Shown: positions 25,648 to 37,500, counted from the first letter of the stretch. The stretch: 64,000 nt of DNA from Candidatus Woykebacteria bacterium RBG_13_40_15 (GCA_001816655.1 MHCP01000015.1:96049-160048), one strand, 5' to 3'. Numbers and translations: made by a program. The notes: generated by a model not told the origin, from the sequence alone.

Positions 25648-27603
25648 ATGAAAGCCAAAGAATTGAAAGAAAAATATTTGAAGTTTTTTGAAAGTAGGAG
25701 ACACAAAGTAATTCCTTCAGCTTCACTTATTCCTTCAACAGAAGTTGAAATTACCGGCACTCAAAAAGTACTTTTTACTACAGCTGGTATGCATCCTCTC
25801 ATCCCGTATTTATTAGGTCAGGAACACGTAGCTGGAAAGCGATTATCCAATGTTCAAAAATGTTTTAGAACCGATGATATAGATGAAATTGGGGACGCTT
25901 GGCATCTAACTTTTTTTGAGATGCTTGGAAACTGGTCCCTTGGAGATCCTGCCTCACCTAACGGTATCGGGCAAGGTGGGTATTGGAAAAAAGAGGCAAT
26001 TCCCTGGTCGATGGAATTTTTAACCAGAGAGTTGGGATTGGAGAAAGAAAAAATTTACGTAAGTGTTTTTGGCGGAGATCCGGAAATCCCTGGTGTGGGG
26101 GCTGATGAAGAAAGTGTTTCAATATGGAAAGACGTCGGAATACCAGAGGAGAGAATTCTCCGCCTGGGTAAGACAGATAATTGGTGGGGGCCGGTCGGGG
26201 AGACAGGACCTTGCGGACCGGATACGGAAATGTTTTACGATACAGGAAAACCGGCTCATGGTTCAGATTGTAAACCGGGTGATAATTGCGGTAAATATGC
26301 GGAAATTTGGAACGATGTTTTCATGGAATTTAATAAAACTGCGGATGGAAAATACGAACCCCTAAAACAAAAAAACGTGGATACTGGAATGGGGGTTGAG
26401 CGAACAACTGCAATTTTGCAGGGAAAAGATAATGTTTATGACACGGAACTCTTTTCACCAATTATAAACGAGATTAAAAATTTAGCTAAAGATTGGGATG
26501 ATCGATCAGGAAGAATTATTGCCGACCATTTGCGTGGATCTACATTCCTTATTAGTGACGGTGTAACTCCAAGTAACGTTGAGACTGGTTATATTTTACG
26601 CCGTCTGATTCGACGTGCCATCCGTTATGGTAAACAACTAGGGATAAATCAGAAGTTTGCTTCTAGAATTGCCGAAGTAACTATTGATACAGATAGAGAT
26701 TCTTATCCGGAACTCGTTCAAAAAAAGGATATTATTAAAAAGGAACTTAGTTTGGAGGAAGACCGCTTTGAAACTGCGATAAGAGAAGGCTTGAAAAAAT
26801 CGCACCGAATCTTCGATTTAAAAGTTCCGATTAGCAATGAAAAATATACAAAGATAATGCAAGCTGTTGGAAAGAGGGAAATGTTTAGAGAAATGTACCG
26901 CGGTGAAGTAGAAAGCAAAGATAAGGATTTAAGTTCAGAATTCGGTGTTAAAATTTCCCAAGAAGAAATTAATAAGGCTACAATTTCCGGTAAAGAAGCC
27001 TTCGATTTATACCAAACACACGGATTTCCTATTGAAATGATTGTTGAATTAGCTCAGGCAAGAAATTTACTAGTTGATATAGAGGATTTCAGGAAAGAAG
27101 TTAAAAATCACCAAGAAGTTTCTCGTGCGGGGTCGGAGAAAAAATTTGCCGGTGGGCTTGCCGATCAATCAGAAATTACGACGAAGGGGCATACAGCCAC
27201 TCATTTGTTACATCAAGCATTGAGAACTGTTCTTGGCGAACATGTCGAACAGAGAGGAAGCAATATTACACCAGAGAGAATTCGTTTTGACTTTTCTCAC
27301 GGGGAAAAATTGACAGATGAGGAAATTAAGAAAGTAGAAGAGCTCGTTAATCAAAAAATAAAAGAAGATCTTCCTGTCAAAAAAGAAATAATGAGTCCCG
27401 GAGAGGCCAAAAAAGCAGGAGCGATTGGTTTGTTTGAAGAAAAGTACAGCGATAAAGTTTCAGTTTACTCAGTAGGTAATTTTTCTAAAGAAATCTGTGG
27501 TGGGCCGCATGTAGAATACACAGGCCAACTTGGAAAATTCAAAATAATAAAGGAAGAAGCTTTGGGTTCTGGACAGAGGCGTATCAGAGCTGTGTTAGAA
27601 TAA
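25648..27603 (+). CDS. alaS: Alanine--tRNA ligase (short form, no C-Ala domain)
   Basis: LFTTAGM, TFFEMLGNWS, GPCGP, DTGMG.ER; editing motifs HTATH and CGGPH. Confidence 0.97.
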   Translation: MKAKELKEKYLKFFESRRHKVIPSASLIPSTEVEITGTQKVLFTTAGMHPLIPYLLGQEHVAGKRLSNVQKCFRTDDIDEIGDAWHLTFFEMLGNWSLGDPASPNGIGQGGYWKKEAIPWSMEFLTRELGLEKEKIYVSVFGGDPEIPGVGADEESVSIWKDVGIPEERILRLGKTDNWWGPVGETGPCGPDTEMFYDTGKPAHGSDCKPGDNCGKYAEIWNDVFMEFNKTADGKYEPLKQKNVDTGMGVERTTAILQGKDNVYDTELFSPIINEIKNLAKDWDDRSGRIIADHLRGSTFLISDGVTPSNVETGYILRRLIRRAIRYGKQLGINQKFASRIAEVTIDTDRDSYPELVQKKDIIKKELSLEEDRFETAIREGLKKSHRIFDLKVPISNEKYTKIMQAVGKREMFREMYRGEVESKDKDLSSEFGVKISQEEINKATISGKEAFDLYQTHGFPIEMIVELAQARNLLVDIEDFRKEVKNHQEVSRAGSEKKFAGGLADQSEITTKGHTATHLLHQALRTVLGEHVEQRGSNITPERIRFDFSHGEKLTDEEIKKVEELVNQKIKEDLPVKKEIMSPGEAKKAGAIGLFEEKYSDKVSVYSVGNFSKEICGGPHVEYTGQLGKFKIIKEEALGSGQRRIRAVLE

Positions 27604-27630
27604 GATATAATAAAGAGGGTAAACCTGACC

Positions 27631-28596
27631 ATGCCTTTTAATATCCTGCAAAGAAAACCAAAGAATCAAAATTTTTTTGTTTTAGAGATAGGGTTGGAAA
27701 GAGTAACCTGCGCTATTTTTAACAAGGAAGATTCTCAACTCAAATTGGCAGGAGTAGGACGGAAGAAATTTTCCTCTCATGAAGACATCTTTAACTCCAG
27801 CATTGAAGCTCTCGACGCTTTATCCGCAATTGTCCCGGACATTCCAGAAAAAGGGATTTTAGGTATCTCTGGAGGTTCTCTAGAAACGATAACCACAATT
27901 GCTAGATACGAGCGGCCAAAGGCGACAAAACCCATTGATCACAAAGAAACAGAACAAGTCTTAAATCAAGTTATCGAAAATCTTGATAAAACAAACAAAA
28001 AAATATTTTTTTCCACAATCTCAGGTGCAAAAATTGATGGTGTCTCGGTAACAAACCCACTTGGCCTAAGGGGGCAAAAAGTAGAGCTATCGTGTTTTGT
28101 CGCTTTTCAATCCGAGGTGGAAGTTGAGCTTCTCAATAGGCTGGTTGGAGAAATCGAAATCGATGTTAAGAAAATGCTTCCAACAAGCTTTTCCGTTTGC
28201 AAAATTCTAGAGCAAAAAGAAGTAAAGAATGCACTCCTTTTTAGAGTAGGTTTGGCCAAAAGCGAAATTACTATTTTGGAGGAGGGGCACGTTTCAGATA
28301 TATATCCTTTCGACTTAGGCATGAATAACCTTTCTTATATTCAATTTGCCTGGGAGGCAGCACTTAAAGATATCGAAAAAGAACATGCCCCGTCACTAAT
28401 CTGGTTATTAGCTGATAACGATGAGGCCGAGTTGGAAAAGCTTAAAGAAGAGTTAAAGTCATACGATTGGCAATCAAAAATAAATATTCCAATTAACCCA
28501 AAGGTAGAAATTGTATCAAGTGTGCATCACTTTTCAGTTTCGGACATAACTCTTTACGCTTTGGCGCAAGAAGGAACTACAAATGAAGATTCTTAG
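27631..28596 (+). CDS. FtsA/actin-fold-like protein (degenerate)
   Basis: FVLEIG..VTCAI beta strand, AKIDGVSVTNPLGLRG (FtsA 1C-like motif). Confidence 0.55.
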   Translation: MPFNILQRKPKNQNFFVLEIGLERVTCAIFNKEDSQLKLAGVGRKKFSSHEDIFNSSIEALDALSAIVPDIPEKGILGISGGSLETITTIARYERPKATKPIDHKETEQVLNQVIENLDKTNKKIFFSTISGAKIDGVSVTNPLGLRGQKVELSCFVAFQSEVEVELLNRLVGEIEIDVKKMLPTSFSVCKILEQKEVKNALLFRVGLAKSEITILEEGHVSDIYPFDLGMNNLSYIQFAWEAALKDIEKEHAPSLIWLLADNDEAELEKLKEELKSYDWQSKINIPINPKVEIVSSVHHFSVSDITLYALAQEGTTNEDS

Positions 28597-30091
28597 GTTT
28601 GAAGAGACGAACAATTTAATAGATTGCTTGGAAGCTATAAAAGCCGAGGAAGATACCGAAATTAAAATTTTCACAGCAGAAAGCGAGTTTCTCAAAAAAA
28701 ATCTCAATAGAGAAATTATCCAACTAGTAGCCAAGAATTCGAAAAAAACTGTAAGTTTTGAAGAAACTGCCCCAAAGATAAGCGAGGCCCAAGCAGAAAT
28801 TACAGAAAGAACTGAACAAGCAGAGGCTCCAAAAGAAAATTTGGGTTTTGTGGAAGGAAGGGATGTAGCTGCCCCAACCGCACAAGAAGAGCCTTTGGTG
28901 CCCGAATCTAAAAAAGGATTTAAGCTACCCTCCTTCAAGTTTCCAAAGGGGAAGAAGCTTTATATCATAGCAGGTACTTGCCTTGCAATTTTTTTGATTG
29001 CTGCCTTAACATTTGTGTTTTTACCAAGCGCAAACGTTATTATTTCTACAGAAGCTAATTTCAAAGAAAGCGAGCTAACCCTGACTGCTTCTAAATCTGC
29101 AAGTTCTCCCGATTCTGCTAAAGGTATAATCCCACTTAAAATATTAGATGTAAATGAAGAGGATAATATTGAAGAGAATTCTAGTGGGACAAAAACGACT
29201 GGAACCACCGCCAAGGGAAGAGTGAAAATTGTGAATCGTGATACAGCAAATGGGAAAACTTTCTTTCAAGGTACAGTTATCACAAGTTTGTCAAATCAAT
29301 CTTTGGCATTCAGTTTAGATAGAACGGCGACGATTTCTGCTGCTCCCGCTGGTTGCGAGGCCGATTGTCCGCAAGTTGGAGTTGATGTTACAGCAAAAAC
29401 TATTGGAGAACAAAGTAATTTAAGTTCAGGTACTGTTTTCAAGATAGGGGATGCGAATATTAACTTCGTTTTTGCCAAAAATGATACCAATTTTACCGGC
29501 GGTACTAGTAGGAAAATTACAGTCGTTTCCGCTAATGATCAGAAAAACGCCAAAGAGGATTTATTGAAAAAATTAGAAACAAAGGCCAAAGAAGATTTTC
29601 AGGAGAAAAACCCGGACTTTATAATTCCGGAAGGAGGATTAACGTTTAGTGTAATTAACGAGGTTTATAGCAAGGCTATTGGTGAAGAAGCGCAAAACTT
29701 TCGTTTAAGTATGCAGGTAAAATTTACTGCAAACGCCTTTTCAGAAGATACGTTGAAAGAATTGCTAATAGGTTCTATATCTTCAAATATACCTAGTGGC
29801 TACGGGGTAGATGAGAAAGATTCTAAAATAACTAGCGAAGTCTTGGAAAAAACCGGCGAAGATCTTAAGATCTTAGGGAAAATTAAAGCGAGCTTAATAC
29901 CATCTCTAAATTCAAATGAAATAAAGGCAAAGATATCTGGTAAAAGTTTCTCCAGGGTGGATAGTTACCTACGATCCTTAAATAGCGTCTCAGGTTTTGA
30001 GATTAAGATATCCCCTTCTCTGTTCCGGTTTTTTGGTATACTACCAGTCGTAAAAGATAGAATTAAAATTGAAATAGCGCAAGGAAATTAA
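28583..30091 (+). CDS. Membrane-anchored protein with baseplate-J-like extracellular region
   Basis: Single TM; AKGRVKIVN, VTAKTIGEQSN, NFTGG motifs. Confidence 0.6.
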   Translation: MKILRFEETNNLIDCLEAIKAEEDTEIKIFTAESEFLKKNLNREIIQLVAKNSKKTVSFEETAPKISEAQAEITERTEQAEAPKENLGFVEGRDVAAPTAQEEPLVPESKKGFKLPSFKFPKGKKLYIIAGTCLAIFLIAALTFVFLPSANVIISTEANFKESELTLTASKSASSPDSAKGIIPLKILDVNEEDNIEENSSGTKTTGTTAKGRVKIVNRDTANGKTFFQGTVITSLSNQSLAFSLDRTATISAAPAGCEADCPQVGVDVTAKTIGEQSNLSSGTVFKIGDANINFVFAKNDTNFTGGTSRKITVVSANDQKNAKEDLLKKLETKAKEDFQEKNPDFIIPEGGLTFSVINEVYSKAIGEEAQNFRLSMQVKFTANAFSEDTLKELLIGSISSNIPSGYGVDEKDSKITSEVLEKTGEDLKILGKIKASLIPSLNSNEIKAKISGKSFSRVDSYLRSLNSVSGFEIKISPSLFRFFGILPVVKDRIKIEIAQGN

Positions 30092-30092
30092 G

Positions 30093-31094
30093 ATGCAATC
30101 AGCCTGGATCGAAAAACCGCAGTTTGGCAAAGCCTTCAAATTATTAATTAGTCTTTTTATAATTTCAGTAATTTCTGTCGGGAGTTTGACGATTTGGGTT
30201 AACTGGTCGCTTTCAGCGCCAAGCAGCGATGGTAGCAAAAAGATATTTGTTATAAAAAGCGAGGAGTCTGTCAGTTCTTTCTCAAAAAGATTGGGAGAGG
30301 AAAATTTAATAAGGAACGCGTTTATGTTCAACCTATATTTAAAATTAAGTGGGTTGGACCGTAAAATTCAAGCCGGTAGTTTTTCCTTGCCAAAAAATTT
30401 AGCCGCTGAAGAACTAGCGAAAGAGTTAACTGAAGGCAGACTCGATAAATGGATAACCTTTGTTGAAGGTTTGAGAAAAGAACAGGTGGCAGAAATTTTA
30501 TCCCAGAATTTTGATATCGACAAACAGAATTTTTTAGAAAGTGTTAAAGAAGGATATCTTTTCCCAGATACATACCTGATACCTATTAAAGCTAGCGAGA
30601 AGCAGATTATTTCTATTTTTGACAAAACATTTAGCGAAAAGGTCACGCCCGACATTATTTTAGAAGCCGAAAAAAAAGGTTTGAATAAAGACCAAATGAT
30701 AAATTTGGCTTCTATTGTGGAAAGAGAAACAAGGAATCAACAGGAACGCCCGATAGTTGCGGGCATTTTGATAAAAAGATGGAAAGAGGGTATGCTTCTT
30801 GCGGCAGACGCAACTGTGCAATACGCTTTAGGTTATAGTAGTGAAGAAAAAAATTGGTGGAGGAAGAATATAACTGCGCAGGACCTGGAATTTTCAAGCC
30901 CTTATAATACAAGATTGAATGTGGGTTTACCTCCGGGGCCGATTTGTAGCCCAAGTCTCGCATCAATAAAAGCGGTTGTAGAAGCCACAGAAAGCCCGTA
31001 TTATTTCTATCTTCATAATAAAAATGGCAATATTTATTACTCAAAAACTTACGAGGAGCATCTGCAAAAAGTAAACCAATACTTAGGGGACTAG
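30093..31094 (+). CDS. mltG: Endolytic transglycosylase MltG (YceG)
   Basis: EGYLFPDTY, LASIVERE, SPYNT..GLPPGPI. Confidence 0.93.
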   Translation: MQSAWIEKPQFGKAFKLLISLFIISVISVGSLTIWVNWSLSAPSSDGSKKIFVIKSEESVSSFSKRLGEENLIRNAFMFNLYLKLSGLDRKIQAGSFSLPKNLAAEELAKELTEGRLDKWITFVEGLRKEQVAEILSQNFDIDKQNFLESVKEGYLFPDTYLIPIKASEKQIISIFDKTFSEKVTPDIILEAEKKGLNKDQMINLASIVERETRNQQERPIVAGILIKRWKEGMLLAADATVQYALGYSSEEKNWWRKNITAQDLEFSSPYNTRLNVGLPPGPICSPSLASIKAVVEATESPYYFYLHNKNGNIYYSKTYEEHLQKVNQYLGD

Positions 31095-31101
31095 TTACCT
31101 A

Positions 31102-31130
31102 TTGACAAAGCCTAAAGAAACAGTTATCTT
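31102..31130 (+). promoter_or_regulatory. Putative rpoB promoter
   Basis: TTGACA-17-TATCTT. Confidence 0.55.
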
Positions 31131-31217
31131 TAGTTAGTAATTGAATAAAGATTACGAACGTACGTTGTACGCGCGTTATTTTTTTGTAAAAAAAGGGATT
31201 TATTTCAAAGTTATCAG

Positions 31218-34200
31218 ATGACTAATCGTAAAGTTTTTGGGACAATTGGAAAAGGATTTCCCTTAATAAATTTAATTCAACCACAAAAAGATTCTTATCA
31301 ATGGCTTTTGGACGAGGGAATAAATCAACTACTTGAAGAAATTTCTCCAATTGAAGATTTCACTGGAAAAAATTTTGCTCTTTATTTCCTTGATTACTCT
31401 CTTGGGGAGCCGAAATATTCTCCAAAGCTGGCTTTAGAAAAAGGAGTGACTTATGCCGCTCCGATAAAGGTTAAAAGCAGACTCCTAAACAAACAGACAG
31501 GGGAAAGTCTGGAACAAGAAGTGTTTTTAGGTGACATTCCATTGATGACAGACTCTGGCACCTTTATTATTAACGGAGTCGAAAGAGTAATAGTAAACCA
31601 ACTAACCCGAAGCCCCGGGATTTTTTATACCTCCGGGCTGGATCCTACTACTGGAAGGGACTTATTTAGAGCGGAGCTCCGAGCTATGCGAGGTAGTTGG
31701 TTGGAATTCGAAACTGCTAAAAATGATTTAATTTCGGTGCGTATTGACAGAAAAAGAAGAATTCCCGCGACCACATTTTTGAGGACGATTGGTTATGGGG
31801 TCACAGAAAAAATCAAAGAGACATTCGATGATGTTGACACCAATCCAGACCACAGATACATAGAAACTACACTTGTCAAGGACTCAACAGAGACAGCCGA
31901 AGAGGCCTTTCTAGAAATTTACCGTAGAATGAGGCCTGGAGACCCTCCTATATTAGAAAACGCAAAATCATTTTTGGAAAATCTTTTCTTCAATCGTCAG
32001 CGCTATTCTCTAAGCAAAGTTGGTCGTTATAAGTTGAACAAACGCCTTGGACTTTCGATACAGAACGATTCTGATCACTGGATACTTTCACCAGAGGATA
32101 TTGTTGGCGCAATAAAAATTCTAATTAAATTAAATAATGGTGAAGGGGAAGCGGATGATATTGATCATCTTGGAAACCGGAGAGTTAGAGCGGTTGGAGA
32201 ATTGATACAAAATACTTTACGGATCGGCCTTCTCCAAATGGAAAGAGTAGTCAAGGAAAGAATGAGTCTATCAGCAGATCTTACAGCGGTAACCCCTACT
32301 ACTTTGATTAATGCAAGGCCAATTGTGGCTCGTTTAAACGAATTTTTTGCTGGTAGTCAGCTGTCACAGTTTATGGATCAGATAAATTCCCTTTCAGAAC
32401 TTGAGCACCTAAGGCGTTTATCAGTTTTGGGTCCGGGTGGTTTGACTAGAGAAAGAGCGAGCTTCTCTGTCCACGACATTAATAACTCACAATTCGGTAG
32501 AGTGGATCCTATTAAATCTCCTGAAGGCCCAAGCATTGGTTTAATTACTCATTTAGCATTGATGACTAAAATTAACGAGTATGGCTTCTTAGAAACCCCC
32601 TACCGAAGAGTAAAAAAGGAAAATGGGAAAGTAAAACTAACTGACGAAATTGTTTGGCTCATGGCCGATGATGAAGAGGATTTCTATATTACTCACGCCA
32701 ATCTTGAAGTTGATAAAAGTGGATTTATTTTGGATAAAAGAGTACCTTTCCGGCACAAAGGCGGTTTCACTAGTGGGCCAGCATCTCAGATCGACTACGT
32801 TTGTACGACATCATGGCAAATGTTAGGGGCGAGCTCCTCTGTTATACCTTTTTTGGCTCATGACGACGCTAACAGAGCTCTTATGGGCGCCAATATGCAG
32901 AATCAAGCGGTTCCTCTAGTTAAGCCGCAATCTCCAGTTGTTGGTACAGGTATGGAGGGAGTAGTCGCCGAAAATATTGGCAGAACAGTAAGAAGCCCAG
33001 TGGATGGTGTTGTAGTTTTTGCAGATGCAAACGAAATTATTTTAAAGGGGAAGGACAAGAAAGGGTATAAGTTTCCTCTTACTAAATTTGAAAAATCAAA
33101 TCAAAATACATGCTATTCCCAAAGGCCCCTAGTTTTAGAGGGTCAAAAGGTTAAGCAGGGCGATTTGTTAGTGGATGGGCCAGTTACAGAAAATGGCGAG
33201 TTATCTCTTGGCCAGAATCTATTAATTGCATATATGAGCTGGGAGGGTTATGGGTATGAGGATGCAATAATAATTTCCGATAGATTGGTTCGTGACGACA
33301 CTTTAACTTCGATTCATATTGAGGAATATGAGAGCTCAGTTAATGAAACAAAATTAGGACCCGAAGAAACTACTAGAGATATTCCTAATGTTGGAGAGGA
33401 AGCGTTAGCAAATTTGGAGGAGCAAGGAATTGTTTATGTAGGAGCAGAGGTAGGACCGAATGATATTTTGGTGGGTAAGATTACCCCTAAAGGTGAAACT
33501 GAGTTGACGGCAGAAGAAAGACTGCTACGGGCAATTTTTGGTGAGAAAGCCCGAGAAGTAAGAGATACTTCTTTGCGTATGCCAAACGGCGAGCGGGGAA
33601 CTGTCGTCGGTGTACAAATTCTTTCTAAAGAAGCTGGCGATGAATTGGAGCCAGGAGTAATACGCTTGATAAAAGTGAAAGTTGCTCAAACAAGGAAAAT
33701 TACAGTAGGAGATAAATTAGCGGGCCGTCACGGTAATAAAGGAGTTATTTCACGAGTAGTGCCGGTTGAAGATATGCCATATCTTGAGGATGGTACTCCG
33801 ATTGATATTATTATTTCCCCCCTTTCAGTTATCTCAAGAATGAATCTTGGACAACTTTTGGAAACCCATTTAGGGTGGGCGGCTTCTAAACTCGGACACA
33901 AAGTAGCTATACCCCCATTTGGGGGTTTTACTGAGGGTGAATTGGAAGAAGAGTTGGAAAAAGCAGGCCTTCCAATAAGCGGAAAAACAACCCTGTTCGA
34001 CGGAAAGAGCGGCGAGGCTTTCGAGAATCCCATTACTGTAGGTATAGCTTATATTATGAAATTAGTGCACATGGTTGATGAGAAAGTTCATGCAAGAAGC
34101 ACAGGCCCCTATTCATTAGTTACTCAACAGCCATTAGGCGGTAAGGCTCAGATGGGAGGGCAACGGCTAGGCGAGATGGAGGTTTGGGCGCTCGAGGCAT

Positions 34201-34577
34201 ATGGAGCCGCCCATAGTCTTCAGGAAATGTTAACAATAAAAAGCGATGATGTAGTTGGAAGAGCAAAAGCCTTTGAGGCAATAGTTAAGGGTACAGATAT
34301 TCCTGAAGCTACAGTTCCTGAATCATTCAAAGTTCTTGTGAAAGAATTAAACGGACTTGGGTTAAAGATAGAACTCCTTTGGGCTAAAGTCGAAGAAGAG
34401 AAAAAACCCAGTGAGGCAGAGGCTGAAGTTGAAGAAAAAATAGAAGAAGAAGCAAAAGAACTAGCTAGTGTTTCTGGCGAAGAAGAAGTTGTAAAGGAAA
34501 ATGAAGTCGAGGAAGTGCTATCTTTAGAGCAAGTTCCTGGGGCAGAAACTTTTAGCAGAGAGGAGAAACCATCATAG
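31218..34577 (+). CDS. rpoB: RNA polymerase beta subunit
   Basis: GTFIINGVERV, DIDHLGNRRVR, GDKLAGRHGNKG, GGQRLGEMEVWA. Confidence 0.99.
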   Translation: MTNRKVFGTIGKGFPLINLIQPQKDSYQWLLDEGINQLLEEISPIEDFTGKNFALYFLDYSLGEPKYSPKLALEKGVTYAAPIKVKSRLLNKQTGESLEQEVFLGDIPLMTDSGTFIINGVERVIVNQLTRSPGIFYTSGLDPTTGRDLFRAELRAMRGSWLEFETAKNDLISVRIDRKRRIPATTFLRTIGYGVTEKIKETFDDVDTNPDHRYIETTLVKDSTETAEEAFLEIYRRMRPGDPPILENAKSFLENLFFNRQRYSLSKVGRYKLNKRLGLSIQNDSDHWILSPEDIVGAIKILIKLNNGEGEADDIDHLGNRRVRAVGELIQNTLRIGLLQMERVVKERMSLSADLTAVTPTTLINARPIVARLNEFFAGSQLSQFMDQINSLSELEHLRRLSVLGPGGLTRERASFSVHDINNSQFGRVDPIKSPEGPSIGLITHLALMTKINEYGFLETPYRRVKKENGKVKLTDEIVWLMADDEEDFYITHANLEVDKSGFILDKRVPFRHKGGFTSGPASQIDYVCTTSWQMLGASSSVIPFLAHDDANRALMGANMQNQAVPLVKPQSPVVGTGMEGVVAENIGRTVRSPVDGVVVFADANEIILKGKDKKGYKFPLTKFEKSNQNTCYSQRPLVLEGQKVKQGDLLVDGPVTENGELSLGQNLLIAYMSWEGYGYEDAIIISDRLVRDDTLTSIHIEEYESSVNETKLGPEETTRDIPNVGEEALANLEEQGIVYVGAEVGPNDILVGKITPKGETELTAEERLLRAIFGEKAREVRDTSLRMPNGERGTVVGVQILSKEAGDELEPGVIRLIKVKVAQTRKITVGDKLAGRHGNKGVISRVVPVEDMPYLEDGTPIDIIISPLSVISRMNLGQLLETHLGWAASKLGHKVAIPPFGGFTEGELEEELEKAGLPISGKTTLFDGKSGEAFENPITVGIAYIMKLVHMVDEKVHARSTGPYSLVTQQPLGGKAQMGGQRLGEMEVWALEAYGAAHSLQEMLTIKSDDVVGRAKAFEAIVKGTDIPEATVPESFKVLVKELNGLGLKIELLWAKVEEEKKPSEAEAEVEEKIEEEAKELASVSGEEEVVKENEVEEVLSLEQVPGAETFSREEKPS

Positions 34578-37500
34578 ATGAACGAAATAAGAGACTTTGA
34601 AGCGTTAAGAATGATATTGGCGTCATCGGAAGATATTCTTTCGTGGTCACACGGTGAGGTTACAAAACCGGAAACAATAAACTACCGAACTTTTAAACCC
34701 GAAAAAGATGGTTTGTTCGACGAAAAAATTTTTGGGCCAACAAAAGATTGGGAGTGTTATTGTGGGAAATACAAACGAATAAGATATCGGGGAGTTATTT
34801 GTGATAAATGTGGAGTCGAAGTGACTCAATCTAAAGTTAGGCGCGAAAGAATGGGCCATATAAAATTAGCCGCGCCAGTTGCTCACGTTTGGTTTTTCAA
34901 AGGAACCCCTTCAAAGCTCTCCCAACTTTTAGACATAACCCCCCGTTACTTAGAAGCCGTTGTTTATTTTGCAAACTATTTAGTGATTGAGACTGACGAG
35001 GAAAAGAGAAAACGTGTTTTGGATGAAATAGGAAAATTCTTTAAAAACCAGGCCGAACTTATTCAAAAAGATTTTAGCGATCGTGCGAAAGAGACCGATA
35101 AAGATCTAAAAGAGGAACTGAAAAAACTCAACGTTAAGAATAAAGAACAAAGGGAAATAATAGCCGAAGAACTCGAACTTAAAGCAAAAGCAAGACGCAA
35201 TGCCCTGAGGGAAGAAGAAGCCGCGGAGTTAGCAAAGAATGAAGAGCTACGTAATTCAACGAGTGAAAAGGTAAAATTTATCAAGAAACTTTCAGTAATT
35301 TCTGAAGAAGAGTATCATAGGTTGAAAAATTACGGCGCAGAAGATTTTATGAAAGTTGGAATGGGGGCAGAAGCAATTTTGGAACTGCTAAAATCACTAG
35401 ACCTGGATAAGCTTTCCAATACCCTACGAGAAGAAGTTAAAAATTCCTCAGGGCAGAAGTTGTTGAAAGCCACAAAGAGATTGCGTGTGGTTGAGGGGTT
35501 TCGTCAAGCAGGAATAAAACCAGATTTCATGATCATGGCCGTTTTACCGGTTATTCCCCCAGATCTTCGTCCGATGGTTCAATTATCTGGTGGGCGGTTC
35601 GCAACTAGTGATTTAAATGATCTTTACAGAAGGGTTCTAAATCGGAACAATCGGCTGAAGCGGTTAACTGACCTAGGTGCACCAGAAATTATTTTGCGAA
35701 ATGAGAAGAGAATGCTCCAAGAGGCTGTTGATGCACTAATCGACTCAGCACAGCGAACTACTCCCACAAGGGCTGGTGTTCAAGTACTCCGTTCATTATC
35801 CGATATGCTAAAAGGAAAACAAGGAAGATTTCGACAAAATCTTCTTGGAAAACGGGTTGATTATTCTGGAAGAAGTGTAATAGTTGTTGCCCCAGATATT
35901 AAATTAAATGAGTGCCGAGTTCCAAAGGAAATGGCCTTGGAGCTATTTAAGCCTTACGTCCTTCGAGAACTGATTTTCCAAGGTTATGCACCGAATGTAA
36001 AAAGCGCAAAACACGTTTTTGAAAGAAGAGGACCGGAGGTTTGGGATATTCTCGAGTCTATTACAAAAGAGCACCCAGTTTTGTTAAATAGAGCTCCTAC
36101 TTTGCATAGACTTGGTATGCAATCCTTTTATCCGATTCTGACAGAAGGTAATGCCATTGGTATCCACCCCTCTGTATGTGCGGGTTACGGTGCCGATTTT
36201 GATGGCGATCAGATGGCAATTCATGTTCCACTAGCTTCTGCTGCGCAAGAAGAGGCGCTCAATTTAATGATGTCAACCAACAATCTTTTAAGGCCTGCTG
36301 ACGGGGAACCAATAATGACTCCAAACCACGATGTATTTTTAGGTATTTACTATATTACCCTTTTGGACGATGGGGAAGCAAAACACGTTTTTGATGAGGA
36401 AGAAGCAGTAAGGGCGTATTATTTGGGAAATATAGGTTTACGAGAAAAAATAAAAATTATTCGGGAAGGAAAGTCTATCGAAACTTCCGCTGGAAGGATT
36501 TTTTTCAACTTAGCACTACCCATCGAGATGAGATTTATAAACGATGTAATAAAAGGGCCAGATGTTAAAAAGCTACTGGTTGAGTGTCAAAGTCGTTTTG
36601 GGAAGAAGGCCACCGTAGATTTAATTGATGCTTTGAAAGACTTAGGTTTTCATTTTGCTACTACCTCTGGTATTTCAATAGCAATATCCGATGCTGAAAT
36701 AATTTCAGAAAAGAAAAAACTTATCGATGAAGCAGACTCTAAGGTGGAAGAAATTGAGAAGAACTTTAACAGAGGATTAATCACGGAGGCTGAGAAGACG
36801 AGATTATCTCAAGAAGTTTGGGCTACTTTGACAACCAAGATAGATGAACTAACTTGGGAGTCAATGGATGAAGAGAATTCATTAAAAATGATTCAAGGCT
36901 CTGGGGCTCGTGGAAGTAGAGACCAAATAAAGCAACTTGCTGGGATGCGTGGTTTGGTCGCAGACCCAATGGGGAGAATTGTTGAACTTCCAAGTAAGAG
37001 TAACTTCCGTGAGGGTCTTGAGGTATTCGAATACTTTACATCGACCAGAGGTGCCAGAAAAGGGTTGGTAGATAAAGCATTGAAGACTGCCGATGCAGGC
37101 TATCTTACAAGAAGACTGGTCGACGTCGCCCATGATGTAATAGTTCGTGAAGAGAATTGTGGCGCAAAAGACGGAATAACCTTAGAAAGAGTAGGTGAAA
37201 ATAATTTTGCTCAAAGACTTTTAGGTCGAGTAGTCGCAGAAGATATTAAAGATAAGAACAAAGTAATTGTGAAAAGGAACGAGATAGTTACAGAGGCACA
37301 TTTGGACTTAATCGAAAAAGCAAATGTACCACAGGCAGTTATTAGGTCCACTCTCACCTGTGAATCAAAATATGGTATTTGTCAATTATGCTACGGCAGA
37401 GATTTGGCTACTAAGGAGCCAGTAAAAATCGGTACGCCTGTTGGTGTGATAGCCGCTCAATCTATTGGTGAGCCAGGAACACAGTTAACGATGCGTACAT

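Noticed and set aside
28583-30091. Prophage remnant suggested by baseplate-J-like motifs
   Set aside because: No other phage genes; the gene is membrane-anchored, of backbone composition, and coupled to housekeeping neighbours.
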